This document shows positions 43,655 to 53,144 of a stretch of 64,000 nt of DNA, piece after piece. A model generated the notes under the pieces. That model did no database searches. It worked only from the letters and a program-made list of their open reading frames with translations, and was not told the DNA's origin. Position numbers and translations under genes: made by a program. Each line of letters starts with the position of its first letter. Position 1 is the first letter of the stretch. Origin of the DNA: Bacillales bacterium (GTDB lineage Bacteria; Bacillota; Bacilli; Bacillales; DASSOY01); the NCBI GenBank assembly GCA_035700025.1, contig DASSOY010000048.1, positions 72,484 through 136,483 of the forward strand, read 5' to 3'.

Positions 43655-43912
43655 CAATCATTTATTGTTGAACCGAGGACGGAGACGAGTACCAGACCCC
43701 ACGCTGCCAGAGAGAAAGTGCCGACGGCTGCAAGCACTTTTCGGCGATGATCTGCGAATGACACTCCCGAGGTTTCTCTCCGAACGATACAACTCAGTAG
43801 GAGAAGGACGTGCGGCAAGCGTTAATTGCTTCAAGAGGGAGCCGGCAGGCTCCAATCAGGGTGGTACCACGGGCAACAACTCTCGTCCCTTACGGGGCGG
43901 GAGTTTTTTATT
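43655..43912 (+). promoter_or_regulatory. T-box riboswitch leader (hisS-aspS)
   Basis: It has the stem I elements (GAGTA, AGAGAG), a specifier-loop context GAATGACAC, the T-box sequence AATCAGGGTGGTACCACGG (43854-43872), and a terminator CTCTCGTCCC/GGGGCGGGAG followed by TTTTTT (43880-43912). Confidence 0.85.
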
Positions 43913-43935
43913 TTTACATACGGAGGTCGAAGACA

Positions 43936-45204
43936 GTGAAAGTGAACATTCCGAGAGGGACTTACGACGTTATACCCGGCAACGTGGAGAAATGGCAGTA
44001 CATGGAGGAGAAGGCGCATGACTTGGCGCGCCGCTACCATTACGAAGAAATCCGCACGCCGATGTTTGAGCATACGGAATTGTTTCAGCGAGGCGTAGGC
44101 GAGTCGACTGATATCGTGCAAAAAGAAATGTATACGTTCAAAGACCGCTCGGACCGCAGCTTGACGTTGCGTCCAGAAGGGACGGCTTCCGTCGTGCGGG
44201 CGTTCATCGAAAACAAACTTTACGGAGAACCGCAGCAACCGGTGAAATTGTATTACCTTGGGCCGATGTTTCGCTATGAACGGCCGCAAAAAGGAAGAAT
44301 GCGACAATTTTCGCAATTTGGCATTGAAGCTTTCGGGAGTGTCGACCCGGCGCTCGATGCGGAAGTCATCGCAATGGCAGACAGCTATTGCAAAGAACTT
44401 GGGCTGAAAGAAGTGAAGCCGGTGATCAACAGCCTCGGCGATATGGAAAGTAGAGAGGCGCACCGGACAGCATTGGTAGAGCACTTTCAAGCTCGGATTC
44501 ATGAGTTTTGCTCGGATTGTCAGCGCCGCCTGAACCAAAATCCGCTTCGCATTCTTGATTGCAAGGTAGACAGCGGGCATGAACTCATGAAAAGCGCTCC
44601 GTCGATTCTCGAGTATTTAAATGAAGAATCTCGAGCCTTTTTCGAGCAAGTCAAGCAGCATTTAGATGGGATGGACATCGACTATGTGATCGACCGAAAC
44701 CTCGTTCGCGGGCTTGATTATTACAATCATACAGCGTTCGAGATGATCAGTTTTTCCGAGAAGCTTGGCGCCATCAAGGCGGTCGGCGGCGGCGGCCGAT
44801 ACAACGGTCTCGTCGAAGAAGTCGGCGGTCCGGAAACGCCGGGGATCGGGTTCGGGCTCGGATTGGACCGATTGCTTTTAGCGATGGACGCAGAAGGTCA
44901 AGCGTTGCCGGTCGATAAATCGATTGACTGTTATTTTGTGGCGATCGGAGAAAAAGCGAGTGAACACATTCCTGCGTTGTTGTACCGCCTTCGGCAAGCC
45001 GGACTTTCGGCCGATAAAGATTACATGGACAAAAAAGTGAAGGCGCAGTTTAAAAACGCCGATCGGTTGAATGCCAAATTTGTTGCCGTGCTAGGTGAAG
45101 ATGAGCTCGCGAAAGGCGAAATCAATATAAAAAATTTAGCCACGGGCGATCAGGAAACAACTTCGCTTGATACGCTTGTTTCTTATTTAAAGGAAAAATT
45201 GTAA
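43936..45204 (+). CDS. hisS: histidine--tRNA ligase
   Basis: GTG 43936 lies 9 nt after GGAGG and gives (M)KVNIPRGTYDVIPG. Class II motifs are present (FRYERPQKGRMRQF; GGGRYNGL). The ORF-track start at 43810 lies inside the T-box leader. Confidence 0.95.
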   Translation: MKVNIPRGTYDVIPGNVEKWQYMEEKAHDLARRYHYEEIRTPMFEHTELFQRGVGESTDIVQKEMYTFKDRSDRSLTLRPEGTASVVRAFIENKLYGEPQQPVKLYYLGPMFRYERPQKGRMRQFSQFGIEAFGSVDPALDAEVIAMADSYCKELGLKEVKPVINSLGDMESREAHRTALVEHFQARIHEFCSDCQRRLNQNPLRILDCKVDSGHELMKSAPSILEYLNEESRAFFEQVKQHLDGMDIDYVIDRNLVRGLDYYNHTAFEMISFSEKLGAIKAVGGGGRYNGLVEEVGGPETPGIGFGLGLDRLLLAMDAEGQALPVDKSIDCYFVAIGEKASEHIPALLYRLRQAGLSADKDYMDKKVKAQFKNADRLNAKFVAVLGEDELAKGEINIKNLATGDQETTSLDTLVSYLKEKL

Positions 45205-45234
45205 CGATTGATCTATAAAATTGGAGGGATTCCA

Positions 45235-47007
45235 TTGGCAGAGAGAACGCATGGATGCGGAACTTTGAGAAGCGAGCATCGCGGAAAACAAGTTACGTTA
45301 AAAGGATGGGTGCAAAGAAGACGCGACCTTGGCGGATTGATTTTCATCGATTTGCGCGACCGATCGGGGATCGTTCAAGTCGTATTCAATCCGGAAGGAT
45401 CCGAAGAAGCGTTGAAAGTGGCAGAAACCGTACGCAGTGAATTCGTGGTTGAAGTCGACGGGAAAGTTGTTGCCCGTGAAGCGAATGCGGTCAATGCCAA
45501 GTTGGCGACCGGCGAAATTGAAGTGAAAGCGGATCGTATTGAAATCATCAACGCGTCGAAAACACCGCCGTTTCCGATCAGCGACGATACGGAAGCAGCA
45601 GAAGAAGTTCGCTTGAAATACCGTTATCTCGATTTGCGTCGGCCGGTCATGCAAAAGACGTTGAAAATGCGTCATCAAATCACGAAAATCATTCGCGAGT
45701 TCTTGGATGACGAAGATTTTATCGAAATCGAAACGCCGATGATGACGAAAAGCACGCCGGAAGGCGCGCGGGATTATTTAATTCCGAGCCGTGTTCATGC
45801 CGGCGAATTTTACGCATTGCCGCAATCACCGCAAATCTTTAAGCAACTGCTTATGGTTTCTGGGATCGAAAAGTATTACCAAATCGTCCGCTGTTTCCGG
45901 GACGAGGATTTGCGCGCCGACCGACAGCCGGAGTTTACGCAAGTCGATATCGAAACGTCGTTCATGGAGCGCAGCCAGTTTCTCAAAATCATCGAGCGCA
46001 TGATGAAGCGCATCGTTGCTGAAATCAAAGGGATCGAGATGACGGAAGCGTTTCCGAAAATGACGTATGAAGAGGCGATGAGCCGGTACGGTTCCGACAA
46101 GCCGGACACGCGGTTCGGCATGGAGCTCGTAGACTTGTCGGAAACAGTGGAGAACAGCGGTTTCAAAGTGTTCAGCGGAGCCGTTGAAAACGGGGGACAA
46201 GTGAAGGCGATTAACGTCAAAGGTGCGGCGGAAGATTATTCACGGAAAGACATCGATCAGCTGGCCGAATATGCCGGCCGTTATGGAGCGAAAGGGCTGG
46301 CGTGGTTGAAAGCGGAAGCCGGCGGCGTGAAAGGGCCGATCGCAAAGTTTTTTGAAGAACAAGAAGTGCAAGCAATGATGAAACAGCTCGATGCGGAACC
46401 GGGAGATTTGCTGTTGTTCGTCGCCGACAAACGGAAAGTCGTCGCCGAAAGTCTCGGCGCGCTCCGGTTGAAGCTTGGCAAGGAACGCGGACTGATCGAT
46501 GAATCGAAACTAAACTTTCTTTGGGTGACCGAGTTTCCGCTGTTTGAATACGACGAGGATCAAAACCGATACGTGGCCCAGCATCATCCGTTTACGATGC
46601 CAATCGAAGAAGATGTGCCGCTTCTTGAAGATGATCCGTCGAAAGTGCGGGCACAGGCGGACGACCTCGTGTTGAACGGTCTCGAATTGAGCAGCGGGTC
46701 ACAAAGGATTCATCAAAGGGACGTCCAAGAAAAAATGTTTCAGGCGCTCGGCTTTAGCAAAGAAGAAGCGCAGAAGCGGTTCGGCTTCTTGCTCGATGCT
46801 TTCGAATACGGCGTTCCGCCGCACGGCGGGATCGCGCTTGGGTTTGACCGTCTCGTGTTGATTCTTGCGGGGCAAAAAACGTTGCGTGACGTGGTTGCGT
46901 TTCCGAAGACGGCAAACGCCAGCGACTTGATGGTGGATGCACCGTCGGAAGTGAGTGAAGAACAGTTGGAAGAGCTTCATTTACGGGTGAATCTTGATGA
47001 ATCTTAA
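45235..47007 (+). CDS. aspS: aspartate--tRNA ligase
   Basis: TTG 45235 lies 6 nt after GGAGGG. It has [22 protein letters not shown] (OB fold), [16 protein letters not shown] (motif 2) and [10 protein letters not shown] (motif 3). Confidence 0.95.
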   Translation: MAERTHGCGTLRSEHRGKQVTLKGWVQRRRDLGGLIFIDLRDRSGIVQVVFNPEGSEEALKVAETVRSEFVVEVDGKVVAREANAVNAKLATGEIEVKADRIEIINASKTPPFPISDDTEAAEEVRLKYRYLDLRRPVMQKTLKMRHQITKIIREFLDDEDFIEIETPMMTKSTPEGARDYLIPSRVHAGEFYALPQSPQIFKQLLMVSGIEKYYQIVRCFRDEDLRADRQPEFTQVDIETSFMERSQFLKIIERMMKRIVAEIKGIEMTEAFPKMTYEEAMSRYGSDKPDTRFGMELVDLSETVENSGFKVFSGAVENGGQVKAINVKGAAEDYSRKDIDQLAEYAGRYGAKGLAWLKAEAGGVKGPIAKFFEEQEVQAMMKQLDAEPGDLLLFVADKRKVVAESLGALRLKLGKERGLIDESKLNFLWVTEFPLFEYDEDQNRYVAQHHPFTMPIEEDVPLLEDDPSKVRAQADDLVLNGLELSSGSQRIHQRDVQEKMFQALGFSKEEAQKRFGFLLDAFEYGVPPHGGIALGFDRLVLILAGQKTLRDVVAFPKTANASDLMVDAPSEVSEEQLEELHLRVNLDES

Positions 47008-47013
47008 CGAATG

Positions 47014-47046
47014 CTGCCGGTTTTTCGACGACCGGCAGGTCTTTCG
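47014..47046 (+). terminator. possible terminator after aspS
   Basis: CTGCCGGT/ACCGGCAG stem with only a weak T-rich tail (GTCTTTCG). Confidence 0.45.
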
Positions 47047-47076
47047 AACCATTTTGTAAGCGCTTTAAGGTGCCGC

Positions 47077-47105
47077 TTGAAATCGCAGGATTGCTATGCT
47101 AAAAT
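47077..47105 (+). promoter_or_regulatory. sigma-A type promoter (extended -10) for 6S RNA
   Basis: TTGAAA (47077-47082), a 17-nt spacer ending TGC, then TAAAAT (47100-47105). Confidence 0.65.
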
Positions 47106-47111
47106 TCAATT

Positions 47112-47306
47112 ACAAGTTAAGAGTCCTGAAGTGTTCGTTCGCTACCGAACGTTTTTACCGAACATTGAAAGTAAGGGAGCTCGGATCGGTTTTCATCCGG
47201 AGTGCATGCCTCTAGAATGTGGACGCACAAAAGATGAAACAGGGCACCCACCTGCCGGGAGCGGGTTAAAAACTAAGGCAAAAACGGCACAGTTGGGACT
47301 CTTACC
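47112..47306 (+). ncRNA. ssrS: 6S RNA (SsrS; 6S-1/BsrA-like)
   Basis: The 5' arm AAGAGTCCTGAAGTGTT pairs with the 3' arm GGCACAGTTGGGACTCTT. Internal GATGAAACAGGGCACCCACCT resembles the B. subtilis 6S-1 central-bubble region. It lies downstream of aspS as bsrA does in B. subtilis, between a strong promoter and a terminator. Ends are approximate. Confidence 0.85.
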
Positions 47307-47311
47307 GGAAT

Positions 47312-47347
47312 AAAAACGCTGAAGGCATTTGCCTTCAGCGTTTTTAT
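47312..47347. terminator. bidirectional intrinsic terminator (6S RNA / RsfA-like gene)
   Basis: Perfect stem AAAAACGCTGAAGGC/GCCTTCAGCGTTTTT with an ATTT loop. The A/T arms give a U-tract on both strands. Confidence 0.85.
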
Positions 47348-47985
47348 TTGGCCACTCTTTCCAAATTGCCGTTCTTGTCCATTTTAAAAGCAGGTTTGCT
47401 CTCGTCATCGCCGAAAACGACCATTTTGCGGGCGCGGTCCATGATTTGGATCAAAGATTGGTAATCTTCTTTCACCGTTTCATATTCTCGCTTCGTTTTC
47501 GCCAGTTGCTTTTTCAAATCTTCGTTTTCGCGGACGAGCTGGTCTTTTTCCCTTTCCAATCGTTGTTTCGTAGTTGCCATCGTGTGTGAATGGGTTTGCT
47601 CCTCATTCAATTGAGTCAAATAAGCGATAACGTCGTTCAAGGTAAGCGATTCGGCATCTGCGGTGTCTGCTGCCGCGGGCTCGGGTTTCGCTCGCCCGGG
47701 TGTTTCTGCTCGTTTTTCCACTCGCGGGGACGACTTTTTCCTCGAAAGCATCCTTTTTCTTTCTTTTCGTTGTTTCTTTGCGATTTCCATGGCTTGTTTA
47801 TATTGATCGCGAACGATCGCGTTCCATCGAAATCCGCAGGCAGCGGAAGTCCGGTTCAACTTGTCGCCGACTTCTTCGAAAGCTTGCAATTGCGTGCTGC
47901 CTTCGCGCACATGCCGCAGCACCGTGTCGGCGAGCAACAGGTCGTCTTCTTTCGACCAGGCGTCTTGTCTCACTTTTGCCATCAT
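47344..47985 (-). CDS. RsfA-family (Myb-like) sporulation transcription regulator
   Basis: 213 aa with an [60 protein letters not shown] matches the RsfA/GerR N-terminal domain. The C-terminal half is a predicted coiled coil. Confidence 0.8.
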   Translation of the reverse strand: MMAKVRQDAWSKEDDLLLADTVLRHVREGSTQLQAFEEVGDKLNRTSAACGFRWNAIVRDQYKQAMEIAKKQRKERKRMLSRKKSSPRVEKRAETPGRAKPEPAAADTADAESLTLNDVIAYLTQLNEEQTHSHTMATTKQRLEREKDQLVRENEDLKKQLAKTKREYETVKEDYQSLIQIMDRARKMVVFGDDESKPAFKMDKNGNLERVAK

Positions 47986-48152
47986 GATCTCTCCTTAACT
48001 ATGAATTTACAAGTTAGCTATTTGAATCATTACCATAAACAAGCTCGTTTATACGTAGACACCGTTCGATTCTTTTTTAAAAAAAAGAATCACAAATGCT
48101 ATAAAACGCGGGTCGATTCTGTCGAGCGCTACCCGTGAGAGGTTCATTTTCT

Positions 48153-48191
48153 CAAAAAAAGCAAAAAACGAGAGGTTTAGTTCCTCTCGTT
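48153..48191 (-). terminator. intrinsic terminator of rarA
   Basis: AACGAGAGG/CCTCTCGTT stem whose loop contains the rarA stop codon. On the minus strand it is followed by TTTTGCTTTTTTTG. Confidence 0.75.
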
Positions 48192-49502
48192 TTGCATGCG
48201 CTCAAGAAAGTAGTCGAGCCGTTTACCGACGGTTTTCTCATAACCGATGGCCGTTGGTTTATAAAATTGCTTCCCTTGCAAGCTGTCAGGCAAATATTGT
48301 TGCGGGACAAAGCCGTTTTCATAATCATGCGGATATTTGTAGCCTTTTCCGTGTCCGAGTTGATCCGCGCCTTTGTAATGCGCGTCGCGCAAATGGACGG
48401 GGACTTGACCGCTTTTTTCATTTTTGACCGTGTTGAGCGCTTGATCGATTCCCTTAATGACGGCATTAGATTTCGGTGCGGTCGCGATGTATAAAGCAGC
48501 TTCGGCTAGCGGGATGCGCGCTTCAGGAAACCCGATGAAATCGACCGCATAGGCAGCGGCTTGGGCAACGAGCAATGCATTCGGGTCGGCAAGTCCGACA
48601 TCCTCTGCCGCGTGCACATAAATTCGTCTGGCAATAAACCGCGGGTCCTCGCCGGCATAAATCATTTTGGCCAGCCAATACAATGTTGCGTCCGGGTCGG
48701 AACCGCGCATGCTTTTTATAAAAGCCGAAATCGTGTCGTAATGGTTGTCGCCTTTTTTATCATATTGCAAGACCCGCTGCTGGATCGATTCTTCGGCGAC
48801 TTCGAGCGTAATTCGGATCACATCGTCCTCATTCGGTTTTGTCGTTAATACGGCCAGCTCTAAAGCATTCAATGCCGTGCGTGCATCACCGTCCGCTACA
48901 TCAACAAGATGCTGCAACGCATCCTCGTCAAATGCAATTTTTAAGTGACCGAATCCGCGGTCTTCATCGTCAATCGCTTGCAACAAAATGTTCCGCACGT
49001 GCTCATTCGATAGATGCTCAAATCGAAACAACCGCGATCGGCTCAACAATGCCGGGTTAATCTCAAACATTGGACTTTCCGTCGTCGCACCGATTAAAAT
49101 GATCGTACCATCTTCTACGAAGGGCAGCAGCGCATCTTGTTGTCCTTTGTTGAACCGATGAATTTCATCGATGAACAGCACCGTTTTCTGCTCGTACATG
49201 TTTAAGCGGTCGCGCGCTTCTTTCGTGATGGTTCGGATATCCGAAACGCCGGAAGTGACGGCATTCAATTGTTGAAAATGCGCGGAAGTCGTATTCGCAA
49301 TAATCTGCGCCAGCGTCGTTTTACCGGTGCCGGGCGGACCGTAAAAGATCATCGCTGAAAGCTGGTCAGCTTCGATGGAACGTCTTAACAGACGCCCTTT
49401 TCCGACAATATGATCTTGTCCTGTAAATTCATCAATCGTTCTCGGACGCATCCGGCTTGCGAGTGGTCCTTTTTCTTCTCTCGCTTGATCGAACAACTCC
49501 AT
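48177..49502 (-). CDS. rarA: replication-associated recombination protein A (RarA/MgsA AAA+ ATPase)
   Basis: 441 aa with Walker A GPPGTGKTT, Walker B FIDEIHRFNK and the C-terminal MgsA domain (LRDAHYKGADQLGHGKGYKYPHD). Confidence 0.95.
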   Translation of the reverse strand: MELFDQAREEKGPLASRMRPRTIDEFTGQDHIVGKGRLLRRSIEADQLSAMIFYGPPGTGKTTLAQIIANTTSAHFQQLNAVTSGVSDIRTITKEARDRLNMYEQKTVLFIDEIHRFNKGQQDALLPFVEDGTIILIGATTESPMFEINPALLSRSRLFRFEHLSNEHVRNILLQAIDDEDRGFGHLKIAFDEDALQHLVDVADGDARTALNALELAVLTTKPNEDDVIRITLEVAEESIQQRVLQYDKKGDNHYDTISAFIKSMRGSDPDATLYWLAKMIYAGEDPRFIARRIYVHAAEDVGLADPNALLVAQAAAYAVDFIGFPEARIPLAEAALYIATAPKSNAVIKGIDQALNTVKNEKSGQVPVHLRDAHYKGADQLGHGKGYKYPHDYENGFVPQQYLPDSLQGKQFYKPTAIGYEKTVGKRLDYFLERMQNERN

Positions 49503-49645
49503 CCATAATCGTTCCTTTCCGAAGCGCTTAAATGAAATCTCGTTGATTTGAAGGTACTACACCTGCCGTGTTTCGGGCAAGCAATCGGTTATGATATAAT
49601 GACAACGGAAAAAGGGGCGGATTGTACGGACAGGGGGATATTGCA

Positions 49646-50065
49646 TTGAAGATTTCGACGAAAGGCCGCTATGGACTGACAATTATGATGGAACTCGCGA
49701 GTCGTTACGGGGACGGGCCAACGTCCTTGAAAAGCATCGCGAAAGAACACGGGTTATCGGAACATTATTTGGAACAACTGATCGCACCATTGCGGAATGC
49801 AGGGTACGTGAAAAGCGTTCGAGGCGCATACGGCGGCTATATTTTGAACAAAGATGCGAAGCAAATTACCGCCGGCGACATAATTCGCGTGCTTGAAGGT
49901 CCGATCACGCTTGTAGAGGTAATGGATGACGAGGAGCCTGCGAAAAGAGATCTTTGGATACGCATTCGTGATGCGGTAAAGAATGTTCTAGACGGCACGA
50001 CATTGCAAGATCTCGTCGATTACGAAGATGAGGGCGATCAGGCGCCTTACATGTTTTACATTTGA
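49646..50065 (+). CDS. cymR: Rrf2-family cysteine metabolism repressor CymR
   Basis: TTG 49646 follows CAGGGGGA and gives (M)KISTKGRYGLTIMMELA, the Rrf2 HTH. It lies upstream of the cysteine desulfurase and mnmA as in B. subtilis. Confidence 0.88.
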   Translation: MKISTKGRYGLTIMMELASRYGDGPTSLKSIAKEHGLSEHYLEQLIAPLRNAGYVKSVRGAYGGYILNKDAKQITAGDIIRVLEGPITLVEVMDDEEPAKRDLWIRIRDAVKNVLDGTTLQDLVDYEDEGDQAPYMFYI

Positions 50066-50184
50066 TTTACGGCGATAAGAACACCGTCGGGCGCTGTCTC
50101 CAGGTCGTTTTTATCGGCTTGTGCCGTTAAGACAACGGGAAACAGAGAGCATGTCCTGTGCGTTGATGAGGAAGGAGAATGACG

Positions 50185-51324
50185 ATGGACGTCATCTATG
50201 TCGATCATGCGGCGACAACGCCGACCCATCCGGAAATCGTCCAAGCGATGCTTCCGTATTTCAGTGAACATTACGGCAATCCTTCGAGCATCCATGCGTT
50301 CGGTCGAAAAACGCGAGCGGTGCTTGACGATGCGCGGCAAACGGCAGCGGACAGCATCGGGGCAAACCGTGAAGAGATCGTATTCACGAGCGGCGGCACG
50401 GAGGCTGATAATCTCGCGATTATCGGCGCCGTATTTGCGAACGGCGAACCGGGAGGCCACGTGATCACTTCTGCAGTGGAACATCATGCAGTCCTTCATA
50501 CGTGCCAATATCTCGAATCTATCGGCATCGATGTTACGTATTTGCCTGTAGATGCGAGTGGACGTATTGATCTAGACGAATTAACAAACGCCTTGCGTGA
50601 AGATACGGTTTTCGTTTCGATCATGTACGGAAACAATGAAGTTGGGACGTTGCAGCCGATAGCTGAAATCGGAGCAATCCTTCGCGATAAAAATATCGTG
50701 TTTCACACAGACGCTGTACAAGCTTTCGGACTTGTGCCGATGAACGTTCATGCGCTCGGCGTCGATTTGTTGTCCGTTTCCGGTCACAAAATTAACGGGC
50801 CGAAAGGGACCGGGTTTTTGTTTGTGAGAAACGGAGTGCAAATCGCATCGCGCCTGCACGGTGGTGAACAAGAGCGGAAGCGGCGCGCCGGAACGGAAAA
50901 TGTCGCCGGCATTGCCGGTTTCGCAAAAGCGATTGAACTTGCGCAAGCGTCGATGGAAAAACGCCGGGAACAATATGAACGGTATCGATCGAAGATGCTC
51001 GCCGTTTTTGCCGAGGAAAAAGTTGTTCATGAAGTGAATGGCAGCGAGCCGCATCATTTGCCGCACATTTTGAATGTATATTTCCCCGATGTGAGCGCGG
51101 AAGCGATGCTCGTCAACCTCGATTTGGCGGGTATTGCCGCCTCCAGCGGGTCAGCTTGCACAGCGGGTTCATTTGAACCGTCGCATGTCTTGTCGGCCAT
51201 GTACGATGATGAAGAAAGAAGCAAATGCTCGATCCGTTTCAGTTTCGGATATGGGAATACGATCGAAACGATCGAACAGGCGGCACGGGAAGCGGCGAAC
51301 ATTGCGAAGCGACTAAGGAGGTGA
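50185..51324 (+). CDS. cysteine desulfurase (NifS/IscS family, YrvO-like)
   Basis: MDVIYVDHAATTP, the PLP lysine in SVSGHKINGPKG, and the catalytic Cys in SSGSACTAG. The start is either 50179 or 50185. Confidence 0.93.
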   Translation: MDVIYVDHAATTPTHPEIVQAMLPYFSEHYGNPSSIHAFGRKTRAVLDDARQTAADSIGANREEIVFTSGGTEADNLAIIGAVFANGEPGGHVITSAVEHHAVLHTCQYLESIGIDVTYLPVDASGRIDLDELTNALREDTVFVSIMYGNNEVGTLQPIAEIGAILRDKNIVFHTDAVQAFGLVPMNVHALGVDLLSVSGHKINGPKGTGFLFVRNGVQIASRLHGGEQERKRRAGTENVAGIAGFAKAIELAQASMEKRREQYERYRSKMLAVFAEEKVVHEVNGSEPHHLPHILNVYFPDVSAEAMLVNLDLAGIAASSGSACTAGSFEPSHVLSAMYDDEERSKCSIRFSFGYGNTIETIEQAAREAANIAKRLRR

Positions 51325-52434
<1,110 letters not shown>

Positions 52435-52475
52435 GGCAAAGGTTTTAATTCAGCCACAGGCAAGGGGCGTTTTCA

Positions 52476-53144
52476 TTGACGGATCATAATCGGCAAGGAA
52501 TCAAACATATGGAAGAAGGCGAATTCGAAAAAGCGGCAGCGAGTTTCAATGACGCGATCGAAGCGAATCCACAGGATCCGGTTGCGTTCGCGAATTTCGG
52601 AAATTTGTTGACGGCGGTCAATCAGCCTGAAAAAGCGGTTGCTTTTTTCGAAAAAGCGATCGGTCTTGACGATTCGGCGGCAGCGGCTCATTATGGGGCG
52701 GGCAACGCCTATTACAACATGAACCAATACGGCGAAGCGGAAAAAATGTACCGCCAGGCGCTGAAGCATGGGCTCGTTCAGGGCGACGTCCATTACATGC
52801 TCGGCATGTCATTGATTCAACAAGACCGGTTGAAAGAGGCGGAACCGCACTTTCGCGATGCGGTTGAATTGAATGAAAACGATGTCGAAGCCCGATTCCA
52901 GCTCGGGCTCACGCTGGCGAAACGAGAAAAAATCGATGAAGCCGGCGAGCAGTTCGAGCGGGTGATCGAACAAGATCCGGCGCATGCCGATGCTTGGTTT
53001 AATTTAGGCGTTGTGCACGCCTATCGGCAGGCACCGGAAAAAGCGCTCGATTGCTTCAACGAAGCGTTGGAACAGCAGCCGGATCATCTGCTTGCGGCGA
53101 ATGGAAAAAAGAACATGGAGACGATTTTGTCTGACGGGGAATGA
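52476..53144 (+). CDS. tetratricopeptide-repeat protein (YrrB-like)
   Basis: 222 aa made of about 6 consecutive 34-aa TPR units (A..F..AI...P....A..N.G). Confidence 0.8.
   Translation: MTDHNRQGIKHMEEGEFEKAAASFNDAIEANPQDPVAFANFGNLLTAVNQPEKAVAFFEKAIGLDDSAAAAHYGAGNAYYNMNQYGEAEKMYRQALKHGLVQGDVHYMLGMSLIQQDRLKEAEPHFRDAVELNENDVEARFQLGLTLAKREKIDEAGEQFERVIEQDPAHADAWFNLGVVHAYRQAPEKALDCFNEALEQQPDHLLAANGKKNMETILSDGE

Noticed and set aside
47011-47313. 100-aa plus-strand ORF downstream of aspS
   Set aside because: It coincides with the 6S RNA gene and its promoter. It has no SD, and its arginine/proline-rich composition is typical of translated structured RNA.
47590-48138. 182-aa plus-strand ORF
   Set aside because: It is antisense to the RsfA-family gene and then runs through the intergenic region. 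The translation is low-complexity (FFSFFSLFL) and there is no SD.
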